In this document: positions 10,584 through 19,603 of the stretch, in pieces | Layout of the letters: the number at the start of each line of letters is the position of its first letter | How positions within the stretch are numbered: the first letter of the stretch is position 1 | Virus record (IMG/VR): IMGVR_UViG_3300034378_000186 | Location: 16,793 to 80,792 of that record | Source of the DNA: a virus | Length of the DNA: 64,000 nt | Strand: one strand, 5' to 3' | The notes under the pieces: model-generated | What the model was told of the DNA's origin: nothing | Database searches by the model: none | The model's input: only the letters and a program-made list of their open reading frames with translations | Position numbers and translations under genes: made by a program

Positions 10584-13500
10584 ATGAAAAGAATATTATT
10601 TGGTATATTGTTGATTCTATTAGGGGTGTTAGTTAATGCCCAAGATCAACCAGTTTTGGCTTTACCAAACAGAGGTGCCCCTTCTAATTCTGATGTGTAT
10701 TATTTAAGTAGTGCAGCAGGGACAGATTATAAGATTCAACATTCTGATATCTGGAATGATATTTATCAAAATTATGTTTTGAGATTAACAGATACAGGGG
10801 TAATTGATACTTCCTATTATATAATGATAAACAACGGAACTAAAACTTATAAGGTGAAATATAAGGTATTGGTTTCAGATCTTGATACAGTATTGTATGC
10901 TTATTTTGCTGGATATGCTTATTTTGCTGGATATGCTTATAATGTAGATACTGCTCAGGATAATATGTTTGTAAAAGATACAATGTTTATAAATTATGGT
11001 AGGTTACTTGATATTAAAGATTCAATAGATGTTGGATATTATATTGAAAGTGATTTTGTATTAAGTGATAACTTTTTCACAAATGGGGATTTTAAATTTA
11101 ATGATTCTTCTTGGTGGAATGGAACAGGGAATCAGGTGTTTAAGATATATGATGAAAGGGCAAATTATTTTCAGGATGGTTCTCAAGGTTTTCAAACAAA
11201 TCAATTTTCATTAGTAGATATTGATATAACAAAAGAACATTATTTTAGTTTTGAAATGGGTGGGGTTTCAAATGATCCTTTGACTTTACAATTTTTGGAT
11301 AAAGATAACAATGTTTTATTTACTAAAGTTATTCCTACTGCTTATACAGGGATTTTTGATACAATTTTGACTGTGACTGCAGATATTGAAGTAATGAATA
11401 TTCAAGGGTTTTCAAGTCCTGGAGCAAGTTTTTGGTTTGATAATTTTTATTTAAGTGAAAGAAGTTATAAACCAATTCTGAAATATGATACAACGGTAGT
11501 TTTTGAAAATATTCAATTTCAAAATTTACGATTGGATGAATTATTATCAAGTAGGGTTGGATATTTAGGTGATGCAATAGTAAGGGATACGATATTTTCA
11601 AAATTAGATATTGGAGGATTTAAACCTATTATTCCTTTAAATGAATCAAATTTTGATTCAGTGGGATTGTGGGATGTGGCAGGAGGTATTATAAGTGGGG
11701 GTAAATTTCAGAATGTTGCAAATCCTCTTACTATTTATGCAAATTATCCTGTTGATTTACAAGCAGGAGATTCAGTATATGTTGAAATTTATTTTGATGT
11801 AAAAGATGGATTTGGAGGGGGAAGTATACAAGTAAGTTTTAATACAGATTCTTTAGATACTATTTTTATTCCAGATAATTGGCATACAAATTATAAATGG
11901 GTTACAAGATTTCATACTTTAAATTCTCCTTCTACTCAATTTTCTTTTTCAGGAGTAAGGGAAGAATCATCTATTATGAATTTAGGTATTGATAGAATTA
12001 TAGTTGGTAAATATGAACAGGGTGCTGTTAGAGATTTGGCTTTTGATAAACCAATTGGATTAAAAAATGTTATTGTTCATAGTGATCAAATTTCAAGTAT
12101 TGAGGCGGAAAAGGTTGATGGTAAAGTAGATAGTTCTTATTATTCAGATATTGCAGGAGAATTATTAAATGGCCTTAAAGATGATACAGTTTTTACAAAT
12201 TATATTTTCCCTTATCAATCTGGAACTTCTTTAGAAATTGGTCATGATACTACTGAAACTGAAGTTTTATTTTCTGATAAATTATTGTTAAAAGGAGATA
12301 GAACTTTAGGAGATACAACAATTCAATTTAAAGTTACTGAAATTGAAACTGATTATACTGGACTAGAGATGTATGGTTGGATCTATGAGAATTGGTCAGG
12401 GAATGATGATCTTCATAAGTTTTTTGAGTGGGATGGTTATTATCATACTCTGATGATTGGTCACGAGGGGAATGATAGACAGTACTTAGATGTATCGGAG
12501 TTTGACTTATTGATGGGTGGACAAGATAACTCAATAGATCTTGGTGGATATAGTATGAGCTTAGGTGGTAAATCTAATAATATAACTACTGGATATTATA
12601 GAATCTCTATAGGTGGTAATAGTAATTCACTTTCAGGATCAACTACTTTTGATGCAGGGGCGATTATAATCGGAGGTTATGATAATGACTTGAATGGGAA
12701 TTCTGAATCTCCAATAATCATAGGTGGTAATACCAATACTTTAGGGAATGGTAATGATTACTCCATGATTTTGAATGGAAAAGATAATACAATCTCTGGA
12801 GATTTTAATACTTATAATACTATCATATCAGGAGAAGGTAATATACTTAGTGGAACTTATAACATAGTAGGAGGTTATTATAATTCAATATCTGGTAATT
12901 ATAATATTTCTACGGGTGGTGGTAATTCACTTGGTAGTAATTGCGACAATTCAATAGCAGTAGGGGAATATGTCAATATTGATAATTCGTATATTGGTAG
13001 TGCAGGATTTGGAGAAGAGATATTTATAGACGGAGAAGGTAACCTTGTTTCAGGTTACTATAATAGTATTACCGCTGATTATTCAGCCATAGCAGGTGGT
13101 AGTGAATCGAGTATTAGTAGTTTTGGGTCTAATTGTTTTATTGGTGGAGGTTATGATGCCAGTATTCAAGGAGGGTCTAATTGTTTTATTGGTGGAGGTT
13201 ATGATGCCAGTATTCAAGGAGGTTCTGGTAATTTTATAATAGGAGGAGAGGAGTTGCAAGTTCAAAATTCTAATAGTAACTATTCAGGAGTGATAGGAGG
13301 TTATCAAAATGTTTTGGATGATTGTGAGAATTCAATAATACTTGGAGGACAGGGGAATAATATAGGTAATGGTACTTATGAAGCTTTTTTGGGAGGTGGT
13401 TATAATAATGATATTGGGGGTAGTTCAGGATCTAATAGATCTGTAATACTTGGGGGAGATGAAAATCAATTAAATGGCGGGGGAAAATCTGCTATGATTG

Positions 13501-14378
13501 CTACCGAATCAAGTATTTTCTCTAAAGGTAATTATTCTTTAATGGGGGCTACTTCTAATTCTGAAATGAGTTTTAATAATGGCGGCGGCGGTTGTATTAT
13601 ATTAGGAGGAGATTATAATTATATGGGGGCGTCAGGAACTTATGATATTTCAGGAGGGGTAATGTTAGGAGGAGATTCTAATTATTATGAGAACGGAAAT
13701 TATGGGGCAATAATTGGAGGATTAAATCATGTTATTGATTCAGGGCAAAGTATAATTTTATTAGGGGGTACAGATTTAATAGGTCATTCTAATAATACAA
13801 CAATTACTGGAAAATATAATAATCAAGGCCAATATTTAAGTGATAGTGTTTTGTTTGTGGTTGGTAATGGAACAGCTTTTGATATGAGATCAGATGTTTT
13901 TTGGGTAAATGAAAATGGTCATGGTTATATTAATGGTAAATTGAATTTTGGAGCTAAAGATTCTGCTAATATATATTTTCGTGAGGTGGGAGATGGAACA
14001 GATACTTTATATGTAAATTGTTATTCAGGGGTTGTAAAAATTGGGAATAATTCTTTGATTGTTGATCAATCAGGGAATGTTAATATATCTGGTAATTTAA
14101 CTGTAAATGGTACTACAATAGGTGTTGATACAAGTTCTTTTTCAGAAACGTTACCACAAATTAACGGATTAAGGTATAAACAGAAATCTTCAGGTATTAC
14201 TACAACTTTATGGGCAAGTCCTCTTGAGGGTGATTTGATAGTAATTTTTAACAGGGGTGGAGGAAGTAATACTATTAACGGTAATGGAAATAATATAGAA
14301 GGCAGTGCTACTACCTCTTTAAATAATGGGGAAACTCTTCATTTAAGATTTATTGATGGTGAATGGTTAATCGAATAA
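10584..14378 (+). CDS. Large fibre/adhesin-like protein with N-terminal signal peptide and Gly-Asn-rich beta-roll repeats
   Basis: MKRILFGILLILLGVLVNA-Q signal; many IGGxxN repeats; LFVVGNGT...RSD motif; C-terminal 83-aa domain shared with 15208-16674. Confidence 0.65.
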   Translation: MKRILFGILLILLGVLVNAQDQPVLALPNRGAPSNSDVYYLSSAAGTDYKIQHSDIWNDIYQNYVLRLTDTGVIDTSYYIMINNGTKTYKVKYKVLVSDLDTVLYAYFAGYAYFAGYAYNVDTAQDNMFVKDTMFINYGRLLDIKDSIDVGYYIESDFVLSDNFFTNGDFKFNDSSWWNGTGNQVFKIYDERANYFQDGSQGFQTNQFSLVDIDITKEHYFSFEMGGVSNDPLTLQFLDKDNNVLFTKVIPTAYTGIFDTILTVTADIEVMNIQGFSSPGASFWFDNFYLSERSYKPILKYDTTVVFENIQFQNLRLDELLSSRVGYLGDAIVRDTIFSKLDIGGFKPIIPLNESNFDSVGLWDVAGGIISGGKFQNVANPLTIYANYPVDLQAGDSVYVEIYFDVKDGFGGGSIQVSFNTDSLDTIFIPDNWHTNYKWVTRFHTLNSPSTQFSFSGVREESSIMNLGIDRIIVGKYEQGAVRDLAFDKPIGLKNVIVHSDQISSIEAEKVDGKVDSSYYSDIAGELLNGLKDDTVFTNYIFPYQSGTSLEIGHDTTETEVLFSDKLLLKGDRTLGDTTIQFKVTEIETDYTGLEMYGWIYENWSGNDDLHKFFEWDGYYHTLMIGHEGNDRQYLDVSEFDLLMGGQDNSIDLGGYSMSLGGKSNNITTGYYRISIGGNSNSLSGSTTFDAGAIIIGGYDNDLNGNSESPIIIGGNTNTLGNGNDYSMILNGKDNTISGDFNTYNTIISGEGNILSGTYNIVGGYYNSISGNYNISTGGGNSLGSNCDNSIAVGEYVNIDNSYIGSAGFGEEIFIDGEGNLVSGYYNSITADYSAIAGGSESSISSFGSNCFIGGGYDASIQGGSNCFIGGGYDASIQGGSGNFIIGGEELQVQNSNSNYSGVIGGYQNVLDDCENSIILGGQGNNIGNGTYEAFLGGGYNNDIGGSSGSNRSVILGGDENQLNGGGKSAMIATESSIFSKGNYSLMGATSNSEMSFNNGGGGCIILGGDYNYMGASGTYDISGGVMLGGDSNYYENGNYGAIIGGLNHVIDSGQSIILLGGTDLIGHSNNTTITGKYNNQGQYLSDSVLFVVGNGTAFDMRSDVFWVNENGHGYINGKLNFGAKDSANIYFREVGDGTDTLYVNCYSGVVKIGNNSLIVDQSGNVNISGNLTVNGTTIGVDTSSFSETLPQINGLRYKQKSSGITTTLWASPLEGDLIVIFNRGGGSNTINGNGNNIEGSATTSLNNGETLHLRFIDGEWLIE
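10896..10940 (+). repeat. 18-bp perfect tandem repeat x2.5 (YAYFAG YAYFAG YAY)
   Basis: TATGCTTATTTTGCTGGA repeated in frame. Confidence 0.9.
13125..13222 (+). repeat. 48-bp perfect tandem duplication (SNCFIGGGYDASIQGG x2)
   Basis: Identical 48-nt units at 13125-13172 and 13173-13220. Confidence 0.92.
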
Positions 14379-14388
14379 ATTAGAAATT

Positions 14389-14772
14389 ATGTCTTTAATA
14401 AGTAGATCAATATCAGTTGGAGCAAGAGGTTGTAATTTTAAAACTTTAAAAGAAGTTTGTGATTCCATTACAGATAGTGGACCAACTAAGCCTTGTGAAA
14501 TTATTGGATATACAGAAGTATTTACTGAAGATCCTTTTACTATTCCTGCTCATACTGTTTTGAATTTAAGGAATTTTATTTTAACTCCAAATAACAATTC
14601 TGCAGATTTTATAACTATGAGTGATGCCTCTGTTATAAGATTTGCAAAAAGAATTGATGCTCCTACAACATCTGGAGCTGCTGTTCTTTTGAATGGATTT
14701 ATAACAGGAAATGTTGCTATAATTAATCTTAAAGCAAGATATGCAAAATGGTGTGATGGAGGTTATATTTAA
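14389..14772 (+). CDS. Hypothetical protein, possibly a truncated beta-helix/fibre N-terminus
   Basis: VGARGCNFKTLKEVCDSITD resembles the cap preceding parallel beta-helices; ORF is only 127 aa. Confidence 0.4.
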   Translation: MSLISRSISVGARGCNFKTLKEVCDSITDSGPTKPCEIIGYTEVFTEDPFTIPAHTVLNLRNFILTPNNNSADFITMSDASVIRFAKRIDAPTTSGAAVLLNGFITGNVAIINLKARYAKWCDGGYI

Positions 14773-14793
14773 TAACTAAAAAATAAAAATATT

Positions 14794-15204
14794 ATGAAAA
14801 AATTTGTTATATTGTTTATGTTTTCAATTATTTGTATGATTGGAAAAGCTCAAACTCCAATGATAATTGATGTTTCAAATTTATCTGGGGCTGATACAAC
14901 AAAGAAGATTACTTTTTCAACAAGCGGTCCTTTTACTATTCAGGTAGAAAGTCAGGGATTAACAGGAACATTAAATGGGGTTTTTACTATTTATCAAAGA
15001 GTGAAAGGGTCAAGAAGGTGGAATCCTATTAATGTTCCAGGAAATCCTAAAACAATAGATGCTGCTGATGATAGTTGGCAGTTTGAAGATAAAGTTGGAA
15101 ATTCTACTTCTGAATATTTAATTAGATATGAAAAGAATGAAACAACTGGAGGGTATTTGATTGTAAATATTCAAGAATTATCAGTACGAACCTCAAATAG
15201 ATAA
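14794..15204 (+). CDS. Small beta-rich protein with signal peptide
   Basis: MKKFVILFMFSIICMIGKA-Q. Confidence 0.6.
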   Translation: MKKFVILFMFSIICMIGKAQTPMIIDVSNLSGADTTKKITFSTSGPFTIQVESQGLTGTLNGVFTIYQRVKGSRRWNPINVPGNPKTIDAADDSWQFEDKVGNSTSEYLIRYEKNETTGGYLIVNIQELSVRTSNR

Positions 15205-15207
15205 ATT

Positions 15208-16674
15208 ATGAAAAGAATATTGTTTTTGTTGATATTATATCTACCATTATTTTTATATGGTCAAGATTATAGCGATAATAAGGTTATTGATATTAATCCT
15301 GGAGGTGGAGGAGGTCCTGACAGCACGTGGGTAACCATAACTACTGACACATTAAAAGTTAATGAACACCTGGAAGTCAGTGGAACTGCCACAATAGCAG
15401 AAATGGAAGTGACCGGCGCATCGTCGGTCGACGCCAACTTCTCGATTACCGGGGAGAACTATATGAGCCTCGACTATTGGTTAGAGAGCGCATTGCCGAG
15501 TTCCTCCAGTGGACCGAAATCCTTTATCGCGTCCAAGACAGACGGGGGTGGCAACCCTTATCTGTGGCACGTACAAGACCTTGGCACGTATAAGATACTG
15601 GACGAGTACTACTTAGAGGTGGAAGGTGCCGGTCTGGTGAAGTACTTCACACCAACAGGCACGAACGACCTGGCGGAGTTCGAGCTGTACTGCACGTACC
15701 AGATGGCCAAGGGACAGCCTGCGTACATATACGACCCTAGCGACAACGGACTGGACATACAGTACCCGTCGGCGACTGGCAAAAGTTACAACAGACTGCC
15801 GTGGATCGGCGTGTCAACGGACGGGGACGACGCTCCACGAATTAGGATAGATAGCGGAACGCTGTTCAGCCAGATGGGAATAAAGAACTTCAGCATAGAC
15901 GTGTTCGGTGACATAACGATACACTCGTACGGCGCGGAGATGGACTTCGCCAACGTCTACATCAAGAAGAACGCCAAGATAACGATAAGTGGCTCGGGCA
16001 AGTTCAAGTTCTACCGGCTCAAGACCTATTCCTCGACCGGGATAAGCAGGATGAACATAAAAAACATGGCTAACATGTACATAACTTACTTCTTGACCGT
16101 CGGCCCCAGCGGCATAGACTTGCAGATAGAGGACGGCGGGGTGCTCGACATAGGCAAGGGCGACGACAAAGTGGAGATTCACGTGGGATACAACTTAGGA
16201 ACGCCACAGAACGACGCGAGGCTCAGCGTCGCGGATTACAACAACATAGACTCGGTGGTCGTCCACGGGGACAGGTGCATAGTGGAATTAACGAACTGCG
16301 ACGCACTGGACATCAGACCCACAGCGGACGCAACGACTGTGATAGGAAACGGCAACGTCGTGAACGACGGAGGAACTAACAGCGTAATCCTGGAGGACAT
16401 CGCTGATGGCAAGATGCCGGCCGACACGTCTTCGCTGGGCGAGACCATACCCCGCATGAACGAGCTGGTGTACAAGCAGAAGGGCAACGGTATAACCACC
16501 ACGCTCTGGGCGAGTCCCGAGGAGGGTGACAACCTTGTGATAATAAACAGGGGCGGTGGCAGCAACACGATTTCGGGAAACGGGAACAACATCGAGGGGT
16601 CGGCGACCACGACGATTAACGACGACGAGAGCTTCAGCCTCGTGTACATTAACGGCGAGTGGCTGATATATTAA
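15208..16674 (+). CDS. Signal-peptide fibre-like protein with foreign high-GC body
   Basis: MKRILFLLILYLPLFLYG-Q; GC jumps after the GGGGG linker; C-terminal domain 58/83 identical to the 10584 protein. Confidence 0.65.
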   Translation: MKRILFLLILYLPLFLYGQDYSDNKVIDINPGGGGGPDSTWVTITTDTLKVNEHLEVSGTATIAEMEVTGASSVDANFSITGENYMSLDYWLESALPSSSSGPKSFIASKTDGGGNPYLWHVQDLGTYKILDEYYLEVEGAGLVKYFTPTGTNDLAEFELYCTYQMAKGQPAYIYDPSDNGLDIQYPSATGKSYNRLPWIGVSTDGDDAPRIRIDSGTLFSQMGIKNFSIDVFGDITIHSYGAEMDFANVYIKKNAKITISGSGKFKFYRLKTYSSTGISRMNIKNMANMYITYFLTVGPSGIDLQIEDGGVLDIGKGDDKVEIHVGYNLGTPQNDARLSVADYNNIDSVVVHGDRCIVELTNCDALDIRPTADATTVIGNGNVVNDGGTNSVILEDIADGKMPADTSSLGETIPRMNELVYKQKGNGITTTLWASPEEGDNLVIINRGGGSNTISGNGNNIEGSATTTINDDESFSLVYINGEWLIY

Positions 16675-16722
16675 AAAACTTTATTAAAAATTAAATAATT
16701 ACTAATTTAAACATAACAGAAA

Positions 16723-17289
16723 ATGAAATCAATTAAATTATTTATTATCGCATTAATTAGTTTGGTAACTTTTACAGTCGAAGCCCAAATGAGCGATAGT
16801 GCAATGGCTGTTTATGATTCTGCAGTTTGTCAGGATGCAATTAGTGATATTGGTAATCCTACATGTGCTAAATATGTAGATTATTTATATTATAATTGGA
16901 AAGGAGATGTAAATGATTTTGATTCTCTTGAACAAATTAATTTTTGTACAGTAACAGGTACTTTAGTAACTGTTTATGGTGCTGATACTGTTGCATTAAT
17001 TATTACATGTCAAATAACTCAGGGTACTCCTGCAAGATTATTTAATATGAGTTTTAGTAAAAATAAAAGGAATGTTATGAATTTTGCAGAATTATTTACT
17101 TATTTTATTGATTATTCACAAACAGGTTTAGATAAGGATTCTTTAATAGGAGAAAATGTTTATGGGTATGAGGTAGAGAATGGTAGAAAAAGAACAGGTA
17201 CATTAGTATATATAAATACTGAGGAAAAATATGGAGTAATTGAAAGAGGGAATAGAACCTACAAATGCAATTTATTTACTATCCACTAA
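16723..17289 (+). CDS. Hypothetical protein with signal peptide
   Basis: MKSIKLFIIALISLVTFTVEA-Q. Confidence 0.6.
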   Translation: MKSIKLFIIALISLVTFTVEAQMSDSAMAVYDSAVCQDAISDIGNPTCAKYVDYLYYNWKGDVNDFDSLEQINFCTVTGTLVTVYGADTVALIITCQITQGTPARLFNMSFSKNKRNVMNFAELFTYFIDYSQTGLDKDSLIGENVYGYEVENGRKRTGTLVYINTEEKYGVIERGNRTYKCNLFTIH

Positions 17290-17495
17290 TGAGGTGGATA
17301 GTAATAATATTGGTTCTTTGTTTCTGTTCTTGTGTTAATCAATATCATGTTTTTCATGTGAATAGAAAATTCAGTGGTGAGGTTGAATATATTTTTATGA
17401 AAGGTAGGAAATCGATCACTGTAAAAACTGATACAATGCCTTATAAGAAAAATGAATTGATAACTTTAAGGCAAATCAAAAAGTTGGAAAAATGA
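17289..17495 (+). CDS. Putative small lipoprotein (start at 17289, TAATG-coupled)
   Basis: MRWIVIILVLCFCS-C lipobox-like N-terminus. Confidence 0.5.
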   Translation: MRWIVIILVLCFCSCVNQYHVFHVNRKFSGEVEYIFMKGRKSITVKTDTMPYKKNELITLRQIKKLEK

Positions 17496-17590
17496 AACCT
17501 CCTAAAAAAGGAAAAATAGTAACAGGGGTAACGTTATTTAATATTTTACTTATTGCTGCTGTAACGGTGATAGGAGGTTTATTTATATGA
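17492..17590 (+). CDS. Small single-TM protein whose last 8 codons (19609-19636) were displaced by TnpB element 1
   Basis: ATGA-coupled start; joining 17586 to 19609 gives MKPPKKGK...GGLFIERRVSDAV-stop (40 aa). Confidence 0.6.
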   Translation: MKPPKKGKIVTGVTLFNILLIAAVTVIGGLFI

Positions 17591-17695
17591 CGGAGCGTAA
17601 AACCAATTCATCGCTTTAGCGTGGATTGGATGTAAGCGACTTACTCTTCACTTACATTTTGTAATTTTGTAAAAGTTTAGACTATTTAATAATAT

Positions 17696-19603
17696 ATGCT
17701 TAAAGGATTAAAATATCGCATTTACCCAACCAACTCACAAAAAGAGTTAATAGCCAAACATATTGGTAGTAGTCGTTTTGTGTATAACCTTGCATTAGAA
17801 ACAAAAAATACAGCATATTTAGGTTCTAAACATAACTTTTCTCCTTTTGATTTAATTAAGCAACTATCTGAACTTAAAAAAGAATATCCTTGGCTTAAAG
17901 AGGTTAATAGCCAATCTTTACAGCAAGCTATCCAAAATATGGATATTGCTTTTAAGAAATTCTTTAAAGGGGCTGGTTTTCCTAAATTCAAGTCAAAGCA
18001 TAGAGGAAAACAATCTTTTTCTATTCCACAAAATGTAATAGTAGAAAATGAAAAGTTAATTATTCCTAAATTCAAGGAAGGAATCGAAATTGTTTTGCAC
18101 AGACCTATTGAAGGAACAATCAAAAGTGCAACTATTAGTATTACTTCAACAGGGAAATACTTTGTTTCAATATTAGTTGAAACCAGTAAAGAGAAACCAA
18201 GTAAAGCACCTATTAAAGAAAAAACAACTATTGGTATTAAGTTAGGCGTATTCCCAAATATGTTTTCTACAAATAATTTTTCCGTTAGCCCATTGGCTAA
18301 TAGACGATGCGGAACTTCCAGTTCCTCTACTGGCAGCAGTGCAACTCTCCCAAACAGCAATGATTTCTCCTGTTTCCTTGCTTCTTTGAATGACTTTCTT
18401 CTTGGAAGCCGCCCAAGCAGCTTGATGCAGTTTGGATATATGCTCGGCACTACGTTTTGCCCCCTTATTGGCTTTAGATATTTTTCTTCTTGTTTCAGCA
18501 GAGTGCGTTTTTCCAAAAAAGCCATTAAATTCTCCAACTCTGGTTTTAGCGCGGTTAGAAATAGCAGCACATTCGGATTGAGTTCTTTTTCTCCCCAAAG
18601 TGCTTCTATGGGGTACGGTGCAAATATTATAGCCGAATTTCTTTTCGTTACTCCTAAAGAAGGAAATCCAAAAGCATTCTCTATCTTGAAGGCTTGCGTA
18701 ATCCTCGACAACTTCGATGATTTGGAAATCAAAAGCATCCCATCCGTACTTAGCAATAGCCTTGTAAAATGGAAAGTTGCTTTGCAAGTTCCTTTTTCTT
18801 CTGTGTTCAGCAAATCTAAGTTTGATATTGACGGATTGCCCAATGTAGCATTTACCGTTGATTGTGTTTCTGAAGATGTAAACTCCAGATACAGATGGGA
18901 TGTCTTTGAACCTTGTTTGCATATTGCAAAGATACAAAAAGAAAACGATTTAAAACCTAATTGTTCAAAAAAAGACTTAGGAATAAAATCGTTTTTAGTT
19001 ACTTCTGATGGAGAAGAAATTGATAATCCCAAATACTTACGAAAAGCACAGAGTAGATTAAAATATGTACAACGTAAATATTCAAATAACAAAGGCAAGC
19101 GCACTAAGAAAAAACTTGCTAAGCTACACGAAAAAGTAGCTAACCAAAGAAAAGATTTTCTACATAAAACCTCAACTAAACTGATTCGTGAGAACCAAAC
19201 GATAGCCATTGAGGATTTAGCGGTTGCTAACATGGTCAAGAACCATAATCTTGCACAGGCAATTAGTGATGTTAGTTGGTCAACCTTTGTTTCAATGTTG
19301 GAATACAAAGCTGATTGGTATGGTAAAAATATCTTACAAATAGGACGTTTTGCACCATCATCAAAGACTTGTTCTTGCTGTGGGTATATCAATAAAGAAC
19401 TAACACTAAAAGACCGTGAATGGACTTGTCCTAAGTGTAATTCTGTACTTGACCGTGATGTGAATGCTGCTGTTAACATTAAATCATTTGCATTAAAAAA
19501 TATCTTATCTGGAACGGATAGGAAAACTCGGAACGAACTGCCTCGGTTACGAGGAGTGTTGACTTCCGAAGCCCAACCCATCGGCTCTGCCGTGGGTGGG
19601 TAG
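17696..19603 (+). CDS. tnpB: TnpB RNA-guided nuclease (390 aa native) with a 245-codon in-frame insertion splitting RuvC-I
   Basis: N-terminal KYRIYPT...RFVYN; TTIGI / DLGIK split; IAIEDL; CSCCG...CPKC zinc finger; DRDVNAA. Confidence 0.92.
   Translation: MLKGLKYRIYPTNSQKELIAKHIGSSRFVYNLALETKNTAYLGSKHNFSPFDLIKQLSELKKEYPWLKEVNSQSLQQAIQNMDIAFKKFFKGAGFPKFKSKHRGKQSFSIPQNVIVENEKLIIPKFKEGIEIVLHRPIEGTIKSATISITSTGKYFVSILVETSKEKPSKAPIKEKTTIGIKLGVFPNMFSTNNFSVSPLANRRCGTSSSSTGSSATLPNSNDFSCFLASLNDFLLGSRPSSLMQFGYMLGTTFCPLIGFRYFSSCFSRVRFSKKAIKFSNSGFSAVRNSSTFGLSSFSPQSASMGYGANIIAEFLFVTPKEGNPKAFSILKACVILDNFDDLEIKSIPSVLSNSLVKWKVALQVPFSSVFSKSKFDIDGLPNVAFTVDCVSEDVNSRYRWDVFEPCLHIAKIQKENDLKPNCSKKDLGIKSFLVTSDGEEIDNPKYLRKAQSRLKYVQRKYSNNKGKRTKKKLAKLHEKVANQRKDFLHKTSTKLIRENQTIAIEDLAVANMVKNHNLAQAISDVSWSTFVSMLEYKADWYGKNILQIGRFAPSSKTCSCCGYINKELTLKDREWTCPKCNSVLDRDVNAAVNIKSFALKNILSGTDRKTRNELPRLRGVLTSEAQPIGSAVGG
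18242..18922 (-). CDS. GIY-YIG homing endonuclease with NUMOD3-like and C-terminal HTH-like DNA-binding modules (ATG at 18922)
   Basis: GVYIFRNTINGKCYIGQS, LRFAEH, DRECFWI, GYN; FFGKTHSAETRRKIS; C-terminal VIQ...WESCTAAS...WEY. Confidence 0.92.
   Translation of the reverse strand: MQTRFKDIPSVSGVYIFRNTINGKCYIGQSVNIKLRFAEHRRKRNLQSNFPFYKAIAKYGWDAFDFQIIEVVEDYASLQDRECFWISFFRSNEKKFGYNICTVPHRSTLGRKRTQSECAAISNRAKTRVGEFNGFFGKTHSAETRRKISKANKGAKRSAEHISKLHQAAWAASKKKVIQRSKETGEIIAVWESCTAASRGTGSSASSISQWANGKIICRKHIWEYA
18927..18934 (-). promoter_or_regulatory. Bacteroidota -7 promoter element TATCTTTG for the GIY-YIG gene
   Basis: Matches TAnnTTTG, 4 nt upstream of ATG, inside the 735-bp insert. Confidence 0.7.

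Noticed and set aside
14127-16671. Diversity-generating retroelement TR/VR pair from the two similar C-terminal domains
   Set aside because: Differences are mostly synonymous and involve all bases rather than adenines, both copies are coding, and no reverse transcriptase is in the window.
18239-18973. Group I intron (IStron-like) or intein as the explanation for the insert in tnpB1
   Set aside because: Only 3 nt and about 50 nt flank the endonuclease ORF, no ribozyme core is visible, the frame-restoring junction does not end in G, the endonuclease is antisense, and the in-frame peptide lacks intein C/S...HN termini.
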